DNA from: the human T2T-CHM13v2.0 reference genome, Homo sapiens
DNA length: 64,000 nt
Direction: 5' to 3' (one strand)
Assembly (NCBI RefSeq): GCF_009914755.1
Contig: NC_060938.1
Under the pieces are notes generated by a model. The model saw only the letters and a program-made list of their open reading frames with translations. It was not told where the DNA came from and did no database searches. Of this stretch, positions 1 through 10,262 are shown piece by piece. A program made the position numbers and the translations under genes. Position 1 is the stretch's first letter. Every line of letters begins with the position of its first letter.

Positions 1-818
1 CATAAAAATAACACAAATTACAATGGGTTGTTAGCTGAAATGAAATTTATTTTGATTAGTTGCTATTGCCTATTACTTCTTCTGTGCTAATTATTTATTT
101 GAGTTTTTTTCTTAATTTGGTTTTCTTATGCTTTACAAATACTCATGCCTATAAATGATTCTGAGCCTTTTTCCCCTAACTCATGTTTAATCACAGGCAA
201 TTGAATGTACTTTAATCCCACTCAGTATTATATCTAAGAAGAAATTTTAGTATTCCTAATAAAATAAATTTATTCAAAGTTTCTTATAAAGTTTTAAATA
301 TTATAATTATTATCTTAAAAATTTGTAATTATTATTATCTTAATTAAAAAACAGAACCAACAAAGACTTGCTCCATGCAATGTCAACAAATGTTATCTCA
401 TTAAAAATAACCCTTGGGCATCCCAATCCTTTTTGTCATACATTCTGTAAAAACACCTGTTTCACTCAGCATTTAAAAGAGAAGGCATGAATAACAAATT
501 GAATTAATCTCAAATGCTTTAAAATGTAATTTTAAAGATACAGCTTAACATTTTTCATGTTATAAGTGACATTCTTTCACATTCCATGAAATAGGAAAAC
601 TAACCCCAAACACTCACAATGTTAAAATGGCTTTTAAGATTATTAATATTTGACACTTAGTGAGAATTTTTGGTTCATATACATATATAGTTTAAATTAT
701 ATTGTGTTAATAAGTATAACAAAATAATTATAAATTTTACTATGTTTTATGTTTTATAGTAAATGTTATGATGGCACACTATTTCAAGTCTGAATAGAAA
801 GCAAAATAAGAGTATCAT

Positions 819-3097
819 TAATATAGCTTAGCTGTGTCCCCACCCAAATCTCATCTTGAATTCCCACATATTGTGGGAGGGACCCAATAAGAGGTCATTG
901 AATCATAGGGGTGGATCTCCTCTGTGCTATTCTCATTATAGTAAATAAGTCTCATGAGATCTGATGGTTTTAAAAATAAGTAGCTTTCCAGCACAAGTTC
1001 TCTTCTCTTGTCTTCTGCCATGTGAGTGAGATGTGCCTTTCACCTTCTGCCATCATTGTGAGGCCTCCGTAGCCATGTGGAACTGTAAGTCCAATAAACC
1101 TCTTACTTTTGTAAATAGCCTAGTATTGGGTATTTCTTTATGAAGCAGCATGAAAATGGACTAATACATTTAATTGGTACCAGTGGAGTGGGGCATTAGG
1201 GAAAAGATGAAAAGATATCTGAAAATGTGAAAATAACTTTGAAACTGGGTAACAAGGAGTGGTTGGAACAGTTTGGAGGGCTCAGAAGACAACAGGAAAG
1301 TGTGGGAATGGTTGGAACTCCCTAGAGACTTGTGGAATGGCTTTGACCAAAATGCTGATAATCATATGGACAATGAAATTCAGGTTGAGTTGGTCTCAGA
1401 TGGAGATAAAAGACTTGTTGGGAACTGGAGCAAAGGTGACTCTTGTTATGTTTTAGCAAAGAGACTGGCAGCATTTTGCCTCTGCCCTAGGCATTTGTGG
1501 AACTTTGAACTTGAGAGAGGTGATTTGGGGTATCTGGCAGAAGAAATTTCTAAGTAGCAAAGCATTCAAGAGGTGACTTGGTGCTATTAAAAACATTCCA
1601 TTCGATAAGTGAAGCAGAGGATAAAAGTTCAGAAAATTTGCAGCCTGACAATGCAATAAAAAAGAAAAACCCATTTTCTGAGAAGAAATTCAAGCTGGGT
1701 GCAGATATTTGAACAAGTAATGAGAAGCTGAATGTTAATCACAAAGACGACTGGGAAAATGTCTCTAGGATATGCCAGAGACCTTTGTGGCAAACCCTCC
1801 GATTACAGACCCAGAGGTGTAGGAGGAGAAAATGGTTTCATGGGCCTGCCCTAGGGTCCCCATGCTGTGTGCAGCCTAGGGACTTGGAGCCCTGCATCCC
1901 AGTTGCTCCAGCCATGGCTGAAATGGACGAAAATAGAGCTTGGGTAGTGGCTTCAGAGGGTGCAAGCCCCAAGTCTTGGCAGCTTCCACATGATGTTGAG
2001 CCTGCAAGTGCACAGAAGACATGAGCTGTGGTTTGGAAACCTCCGCCTAGATTTCAGAAGATGTATGGAAATGCCTGGATACCCAGGCAGAAGTTTGCTG
2101 CAGGGTTGGGGCCCTCATAGAGAATCTTTGCTAGGGAAGTGCATAAGGGAGATATGGGGTCAGAGCCCCCCACACAGAATCCTTACTGGGGCACTGCCTA
2201 GTGGAGCTGTGAGAAGAGGACCACCGTCCTGCAGACCCCAGAATGGTAGATCCATCCACAGCTTGGACTGTGTGCCTGGAAAAGGTACAGACATTCAATG
2301 CCAGCCCACAAAGGCAGTTAGGAGGGAGGCTGTGCCCTTCAAAGCCACAAGGGCAGAGCTGTCCAAGACCATGGGAACCCACCTCTTGCATCAGCGTGAC
2401 CTGCATGTGAGACCTGGAGTCAAAGGCGATCATTTTGGAAATTTAAGATTTGACCACCCTGCTGGATTTCAGACTTGCATGGGACCTCTAGTCCCTTTGT
2501 TTTGGCCGATTTCTCCCATTTGGAACAGCTGTATTTACCCAATGCCTCCACCCTCATTGTATCTAGGAGGTAACTAATTTGCTTTTGATTTTACAGTCTC
2601 ATAGGTGGAAGGGAATTTCCCTGTCTCAGATGAGACTTTGGACTGTGGACTTTTGAGTTAATGTTGAAATGAGTTAAGACTTTGGGGGGCTATTGGGAGG
2701 GCATAATTGGCTTTGAAATATGAGGATATGAGATTTGAGGGGCCCCAGGGGCAGAATGATATGGTATGGCTTTTTCCCACCCAAATCTCATCTTCAATTC
2801 CCATATGTTGTGGGAAGGGTCCATGGGAGGTAATTGAATTATAGGGGCGGGTCTTTCCTGTGCTGTTCTTGTGATAGTGAATAAGTCTCATGAGATCTTA
2901 TGGTTTTAAAAAGGGGAGTTTTCCTGCATCAGCTCTCTTCTCTTGTCTGCCACCATGTGAGATGTGCCTTTCACCTTCCACCATCATTGTGAGGCCTCCC
3001 AGCCACGTGGAACTGTAAGTCCAATAAATCTCTTCTTTTTGTAAATTGCCCAGTCTCAAGTACGGCTTTATCAGCAGCATGAAAATGGACTAACACA
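819..3097 (+). mobile_element. Full-length THE1 (ERVL-MaLR, THE1A/B-like): 5' LTR 819-1168, internal 1169-2756, 3' LTR 2757-3097
   Basis: Both LTRs start with a TGATATGGTTTGGCTGTGTCCCCACCCAAATCTCATC-like motif and end in GAAAATGGACTAA(T/C)ACA. The ~1.6 kb internal region gives the typical MaLR pseudo-ORFs. Target-site duplication ATCAT (814-818) / ATCAC (3098-3102). Confidence 0.95.
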
Positions 3098-3372
3098 ATC
3101 ACAATAAAAATTGAACCATAAATTTGGTAAATTTTAACATCCCTAGAAGTATAATTATTTAAAAACTGAGCAAGCTTCAATAGTCAAAATTTTAATATTT
3201 GATATAACTTCAGTCAAAATTAATATTTATTGTGATTGTATTATAGCCTGTAAAATCACAGTCTTTTTAAACATATATTCTTGCAAGGACTTTGAGATAA
3301 ACATCATCTTAGCTTTTCCATTTGTTTCACTACAATATTTTAATTAAATATAACTTTTTTGTGTTTAAAATT

Positions 3373-4044
3373 CTAAATAATTTCTGTTCTTTTACATTTG
3401 CTGAGGAGAGCTTTACTTCCAACTATGTGGTGAATTTTGGAATAGGTGTGGTGTGGTGCTGAAAAAAATGTATATTCTGTTGATTTGGGGTGGAGAGTTC
3501 TGTAGATGTCTATTAGGTCCGCTTGGTGCAGAGCTGAGTTCAATTCCTGGGTATCCTTGTTGACTTTCTGTCTCGTTGATCTGTCTAATGTTGACAGTGG
3601 GGTGTTAAAGTCTCCCATTATTAATGTGTGGGAGTCTAAGTCTCTTTGTAGGTCACTCAGTACTTGCTTTATGAATCTGGGTGCTCCTGTATTGGGTGCA
3701 TATATATTTAGGATAGTTAGCTCTTCTTGTTGAATTGATCCCTTTACCATTATGTAATGGCCTTCTTTGTCTCTTTTGATCTTTGTTGGTTTAAAGTCTG
3801 TTTTATCAGAGACTAGGATTGCAACCCCTGCCTTTTTTTGTTTTCCATTGGCTTGGTAGATCTTCCTCCATCCTTTTATTTTGAGCCTATGTGTGTCTCT
3901 GCACGTGAGATGGGTTTCCTGAATACAGCACACTGATGGGTCTTGACTCTTTATCCAATTTGCCAGTCTGTGTCTTTTAATTGGAGCATTTAGTCCATTT
4001 ACATTTAAAGTTAATATTGTTATGTGTGAATTTGATCCTGTCAT
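3373..4044 (-). pseudogene. L1 ORF2p N-terminal APE-like endonuclease fragment (aa 1-223), with D205H and lacking H230
   Basis: MTGSNSHITILTLNVNGLN...CIQETH...IMGDFNTPL...YSKIHHIVG; the established L1 sequence is YSKIDHIVG. The frame ends at a flank-derived stop. Confidence 0.92.
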
Positions 4045-5090
4045 GATGATGTTAGCTGGTTATTTTGCTCGTTAGTTGATGCAGTTTCTTCCTAGTCTCG
4101 ATGGTCTTTACATTTTGGCATGATTTTGCAGTGGCTGGTACCGGTTGTTCCTTTCCATGTTTAGTGCTTCCTTCAGGAGCTCTTGTAAGGCAGGCCTGGT
4201 GGTGACAAAATCTCTCAGCATTTGCTTGTCTGTAAAGGATTTTATTTCTCCTTCACTTATGAAGCTTAGTGTGGCTGGATATGAAATTCTGGGTTGAAAA
4301 TTCTTTTCTTTAAGAATGTTGAATATTGGCCCCCACTCTCTTCTGGCTTGTAGGGTTTCTGCCGAGAGATCTGCTGTTAGTCTGATGGGCTTCCCTTTGA
4401 GGGTAACCCGACCTTTCTCTCTGGCTGCCCTTAACATTTTTTCCTTCATTTCAACTTTGGTGAATCTGACAATTATGTGTCTTGGAGTTGCTCTTCTCGA
4501 GGAGTATCTTTGTGGCGTTCTCTGTATTTCCTGAATCTGAACGTTGGCCTGCCTTGCTAGATTGGGGAAGTTCTCCTGGATAATATCCTGCAGAGTGTTT
4601 TCCAACTTGGTTCCATTCTCCCCGTCACTTTCAGGTACACCAATCAGACGTAGATTTGGTCTTTTCACATAGTCCCATATTTCTTGGAGGCTTTGCTCAT
4701 TTCTTTTTATTCTTTTTTCTCTAAACTTCCCTTCTCGCTTCATTTCATTCATTTCATCTTCCATTGCTGATACCCTTTCTTCCAGTTGATCGCATCGGCT
4801 CCTGAGGCTTCTGCATTCTTCACGTAGTTCTCGAGCCTTGGTTTTCAGCTCCATCAGCTCCTTTAAGCACTTCTCTGTATTGGTTATTCTAGTTATACAT
4901 TCTTCTAAATTTTTTTCAACATTTTCAACTTCTTCGCCTTTGGTTTGAATGTCCTCCCATAGCTCAGAGTAATTTGATCGTCTGAAGCCTTCTTCTCTCA
5001 GCTCGTCAAAGTCACTCTCCATCCAGCTTTGTTCCGTTGCTGGTGAGGAACTGCGTTCCTTTGGAGGAGGAGAGGTGCTCTGCTTTTTAG
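3377..5090 (-). mobile_element. Young L1PA (L1PA2/3-like) internal fragment, ORF1 (from about codon 12) to ORF2 codon ~223; no 5'UTR, 3' end, poly(A) or TSD
   Basis: Near-consensus L1 ORF1 and ORF2 translations in the ORF track; many CpGs retained; L1 similarity stops abruptly at both ends. Confidence 0.95.
4108..5090 (-). pseudogene. L1 ORF1p coding remnant, N-terminally truncated but otherwise open (coiled coil, RRM, CTD)
   Basis: ORF 4108..5022 reads ...EIWDYVKRPNLRLIGVPE...RATPRHIIVRF...NFQPRISYPA...QNHAKM; the native ATG and promoter are absent. Confidence 0.92.
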
Positions 5091-5095
5091 CAGAG

Positions 5096-5786
5096 CTCTT
5101 GGGCTAGCCCACACTTAGTCTACAGCAATTGTTCAATATTTACATCTAAGTATTTTTTTCCAGTTTATGACTTTAGCAGCTTCTGCTCTATGCAAATTTC
5201 AGTCGTGGCTATCAGATACAATTGTTTCTTCAAATCCATACATTAATCCAGTATTTATTGTTTGTTAAAAATACTATAACAACTTTGGATTTTCAGTTTT
5301 ATTTACTTTCAATATTGTTATTCCTGAAATTATACCATATAACATTTAATGACATATAGAATATGTACATTTAATATTATAACTTTCACTTCTATAAGTG
5401 GTTGACAATAGTAAACATTTCCAAAGTTTTTGACAACATTATCTGGTACTTCAGTTTGTAGATAAAATTACTAACTTTTTTTTTATTGAAGACTTAATTC
5501 TGACTTAGTTTCTGCTCCTATATGTAAAGAACCTGGTAACTGTCACTACCATACTTACACAAGAAAAACCTGGGCAATTTGAAAATCAATGACATTTTTT
5601 AGACCCATCAAAAAATTTAGGTTGCAGAATGAACCCCTACTGCAAAATCTGAAGAAACAATTGTATCTGATAGCCACGGCTGAAATTTGCATAGAGCAGA
5701 AGCTGCTAAAGTCATAAACTGGAAAAAAATACTTAGATGTAAATATTGAACAATTGCTGTAGACTAAGTGTGGGCTAGCCCAAGAG
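5096..5786. repeat. 137-bp inverted repeat (arms 5096-5232 and 5650-5786, one mismatch, 417-bp spacer)
   Basis: The reverse complement of 5096-5232 equals 5650-5786 except CCACGA versus CCACGG. Confidence 0.95.
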
Positions 5787-6814
5787 TGAGAATCAGTTAG
5801 ATTCTACAGGTTTAGTAGACCACTATACTTTCATCAATTTTCCCTCCAGCAGTCTTACCGGGTTTTCTTGGTGAAGATGGAGAAAGATAGCCCCTGGTCT
5901 CTGGCAAGTTGAGGAAGGAGTAACCATTGTGAAATACATCTAGAGCCTTAGATTTAATAAAGACTCTTTCTCCAAGTGAAAAGACTTTGATAGGTCCTAT
6001 CCCACATGGGGCAGAGTATTCCCACACCATCTTACTTTAACCTTCCTGATCATCGAAGACAGGAAAAAACAGGAAAAAAAGGAGCTTCAAGAAACTATAC
6101 TGGGGAAGCTGATGCAGGAAGACAGTAGAGGGGTTTAGAGACAAAGAGCTGTTGCCCTGGTAAAACACATGTGAAGGCTCATCATTGTGATTCACTGGCC
6201 ACTAAAATTTTGGGTAAGATTTAATTAGATAATTATAGAATGTTCCCTTTCTTTCACAACTTACCACCATATCAACAGTGCCTCAGTGTAATGATGGTGT
6301 ATTATAGATAAAAGTGTGGAAAGGTCCAGAATCTACATGAGTAGTACTGTTGAGTAAAGCTTATATTCAGCAGGTGAGACAAAAACAAGGACATTAGAGT
6401 AACTTGAAGTCTCTAATGTCTGTAGCTACAGCAACATGAAAGAGCTGAAATATCACTCAGGTTAACATAAAAATTCTCTTAAAAAAACACATTTCCTTCA
6501 GTTCCTTCTATCCGAATGCAACATGTCTGGCATCCAACAGAAAATTACAAGGTAAGTCATAATTCAAAAAAAAAGTAGAGTATGAAGACACAATGCTTAT
6601 ATCAGAACTAGATTAACATATGAAAAATGTCAGACAGAATTTAAAACAACAATAACTAATATGGTAAGGGCTCTATCTGTGTTGCTATGAAGGAATATCT
6701 GAGGTTGGGTAATTTATAAAGAGGGTTATTTGATTTAGAGTTCTGAAGGATGTACAGGAAGCATGGTGCAAGCATCTGCCTCTGGTGTGAGCTTCAGGCT
6801 GCTTTCACTCATGG

Positions 6815-7362
6815 TGTCAGAGGCATTTGAACCAGAGCAACTCCATGCTGAATAGGGGCTGGGTAAAATAAGACTGAGACCTACTGGGCTGCATTCCCAG
6901 ATGGTTAGGCATTCCAAGTCACAGGATGAGTTAGGAGGTGAGCACAAGATATGGGTTATAAAGACATTACTGACACAACAGATTGCGGTAAAGAAGCTGG
7001 CCAAATCCCTCCAAAACCAAGATGGTGACAAAAGTGACCTTTGGTCACCCTCACTGCTACACTCCCACCAGCACTATGACCATTTAGAAATGTCATGGCA
7101 ACATCAGGAAGTTACCCTGCATGATCTAAAAATGGGAGGCATGAATAATCCACCCCTTGTTTAGCATATCATCAAGAAATAACCATAAAAATGGGCAACC
7201 AGCAGCCCTCAGGGCTGCTCTGCCTATGGAGTAGCCATTTTCTTGTTTCTTTACTTTTTAAATAAACTCACTTTCACTTTATGGGCTTGCTTCAAATTCT
7301 TTCTTGTGCAATATCCAAAAACCCTTGCTTGGGGTCTGAATTGGGACCCTTTTCTAGTAACA
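6815..7362 (+). mobile_element. MER41A solo LTR (ERV1)
   Basis: Starts TGTCAGAGGCATTTGAACCAGAGCAACTCC and ends GGACCCTTTTCTAGTAACA; ~548 bp, matching the short MER41A form. Confidence 0.9.
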
Positions 7363-7387
7363 GTGTCAGGAGGGGCAGGGAAACCAG

Positions 7388-9855
7388 TGAGACAGGGGAA
7401 CTCACTTGACCCCTTCACGAGACTAGTGACAAGGGTGTGGATCCCTTACTAGGCTACCACCACACTCAAACCCCTTGCAGGAGGGGGAGCATGCAGGATA
7501 GTAGGTGCGGGCACCAGGACAAGCACTTTTGGGCTTTGGCCCCATGGAAACATCTAGGGGTGTGTTACAGTTAATGCTTTTTTAGCAGTTGCCATCCATG
7601 GACAGCTAAGTGTTCACCAGCTCAGTGGAGAGTCAGGGTGACAGTCTTTAACACCTTGGCCTCTTGGTACCTGGGTTTTTGCACAGTGTCCAGGAAGAAT
7701 TAGGTCACGTGGACTTGAAGGACGGTGAATGCAGAGATTTTGTTGGGTGATGGTGATGGTTGTCAGTGGTATGGGGAGCTAAAAAGGGGATGGAACAGGA
7801 AGAATAATCTTCCCCTGGAGGGGGAAGATAATCATAAGCCTTTCAATTATGCCTGGCAGAACTTCTTTGCAACTGTCCCTCGCCAGACTCCTCTCAATGT
7901 TCAGATGCTTCTTCTCTTCTCTCCTTCTCTGGCATGCTACTCCACTTCTCTGTCAGTGGAGTTTGGGGTTGTAATGGGTATAGGATGTAGGGGCATGGTG
8001 GGCCTGGGTAGTTTTGGAAAAAGCAACATTTAGGAAAACAGGGATAACTGTTTTTATTTAAGGTCATGGTTTCCAGGCTTGAGGATGGGACCTTTGCTGG
8101 GAAACCACCCTGTTCGAGCCAGTATTTCCCTGCCTTCAGTCCATATGGTTTGCCCACTCTGGAAAGGTACAGCTAACTGCCATTAGAATAGGGACAATGA
8201 CCAATCTCAGCTATTTCTAGCTGAAAGGAGGCATTGTTTTGGGGAAAACAGAAGTCAGATTCTTCTCAGATGTTTACCTAAGGGTCCATGGCAAAGGGTC
8301 ATTACCTTAATCATACCTAAGGGTCCATTATCCCAGGCTCTGGTTGCCTGACTGTTTGGAGTTTGATGGCTTCTAGGCAACAGAAAAAACAAAAACAAAC
8401 AAACAAAAAAAAACACAAGTTTTATAAAGTTAAGTATGCATGGGTTAAATACATGTATTATGCAAGGAAAGAATCTAGTGGCAAAGATTACAAAAATAAG
8501 AAGTGAAATATAGTAACAACATTTTACCCCAAGCTGTTTCATCCCGGTGAAAGAAATTAAACCTTGTCTGAGAGTGGTTAAACTTTATGACAGAGATAAC
8601 TGTTCTTGCCACATCTGTGTCAGTTAACAGATGCATCTTGGGAATTCTGGAGTTTGTGGGTTTGCACAGTGGCCATTAAACCTTCTGCTTCTTTCTTGTG
8701 TCTCCCTATTTCTATTGTAAAAGGCCGAGGTGGCCACTTTCAGGAGGTTCTCTAAAGTACTATATAGCCCCAGTGTCCATTTCTGCAACTTCCTCCTGAT
8801 ATCAGGGGCTGCCTGAATAATAAATTTATCCTTTAGGATTAGTTATCCCTTGATAGAATTAGGAGATAGAGAGGTGTGCTTTACCAAGGCCTCTCTTAGC
8901 CTTTCCAGGAAGGCAGCGGGATTCTCATCAAATTCCTGGTATATCATGGATTGCTTGGTGTAATTGAGAAGCTTGGTTCTAGTTTTACCTAAGCCTTCCA
9001 TTATGCACACCTGAAAGTGTCTCCTCTTCCATTCTCCGATCTCAAATTTGGGATCCAATTTAGGGTCATTCACTGCTACTGCTTCTCTTCCAGTTGGATG
9101 CAGTTTAGCCTCTTCCCTGATGCTATATGTTATACAAAGCTCATCCCCAAATCTCTCTGCTGCTTGCAGAGTGGCCTGCTTCACAGTGTTAATCAGTGTC
9201 TGCTTCGAAAGTAACATAACATCTTTCCAGGAGAGTTAAGATACTTGAGTTAAATTTCTAGAAAGCCTCTATATATCTGTCAGGGTCATCTGAAAACATG
9301 CCAGGATCCCCCTTAATTTGCCTTAAGTCCTATAGAGAGAAGGGGACCTGGACCTTACTAGGGCCAAATTCACCAAGCATCTATTTACATTAAATCCCAG
9401 ACAGACCTTGCCAAGTTTGCAGTAATCAGCCAGCAGGGGCCACTCCTCTGTTGCTTCCCTATTATAAGCAGAGTGCTGAGATACAAAAAGAACCTTCTCA
9501 CTTAAAACAAAACAAAAAAAATAGCTTAAAATACATAATGGGGGGAACTGGGGGAAGAGCCTCTTGCTCTGTCGAAATGGGGTTCTTTAATTACTGTATC
9601 CCCCAGTTCAGACCTAGAAGGACCCTTTGGCATTGGGAGGAAAAGCTTCATTGGTGAGGGTGCATGACAGGAGGGGATGGCAAAAGGGAGGTGCCTGCCA
9701 GCCAGAGATGGAGCCCTTAGCCCCCAAGACAGCCCTGGCACCTGGGCAGTGTGCGCAGCACATTCTTGCCGTGCTTGGCCCTTGGGCATGGCACACGCCT
9801 CTGCCAGAGAATCACCCTTTTCTACCCAGTATTTCTCTACCTCCTCTTTGTATCA
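7388..9855 (-). mobile_element. Internally deleted ERV1 provirus with LTR27/LTR28-like LTRs (HUERS-type): 3' LTR ~7388-8146, internal with gag remnant, only the terminal ~50 bp of the 5' LTR
   Basis: On the minus strand, TGATACAAAGAGGAGGTAGAGAAATACTGGGTAG starts at 9855 and GGCAGGGAAATACTGG...AAATGTTGC occurs near 8140; near-TSD CCAG (7384-7387) / CTAG (9856-9859). Confidence 0.75.
8800..9360 (-). pseudogene. ERV1 gag (capsid/major homology region) remnant
   Basis: ORF 8843..9217 includes ...PTGREAVA...DPK...FQVCIMEGLGKTR...QEFDENPAAFLERLREALVKHT, a gammaretroviral-like MHR. Confidence 0.8.
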
Positions 9856-9968
9856 CTAGCATGTGCAAGGCAAGAGAGAAGGCAAGGCCAGGGTTTGTGT
9901 GGACAGTTGCGGGGTAAGTATCAGGCTCTTTTAACAGCCAGTTCTCATGGAAACTAAGAGTGAGAACT

Positions 9969-10262
9969 GCCAGGCGCGGTGGGTCACACCTATAATCTCA
10001 GTACTTTGGGAGGCCAAGGCGGGTGGATCACGAGATCAAGAGATGGAGACCATTTTGGCAAACATTGTGAAACGTTATCTCTACTAAAAATACAAAAATT
10101 AGCTGGGCGTGGTGGCACGCACCTGTAGTCGCAGCTACTCGGGAGGCTGAGGCGGGAGAATGCTTGAACCTGGGAGGCAGAGGTTGCAGTGAACCAAGAT
10201 CCCGCCACTACACTCCAGCCTGGTGACAGAGTGAGACTCATTTCAAAAGAAAAAAGAAAAAA
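9969..10262 (+). mobile_element. AluSc-like SINE
   Basis: Dimeric Alu with GATCACGAGATCAAGAGATGGAGACC; A tail; 13-bp TSD AAGAGTGAGAACT (9956-9968 and 10263-10275). Confidence 0.92.

Noticed and set aside
1259-2577. ORFs of 65-205 aa in the THE1 internal region (similar ones at 21726-22552)
   Set aside because: Fragmented MaLR internal pseudo-ORFs with stops and frameshifts; no evidence of a functional gene.
6815-7362. MER41 as an interferon-inducible enhancer
   Set aside because: This is the short MER41A form; I see no tandem TTCCNGGAA-type GAS block as in MER41B.
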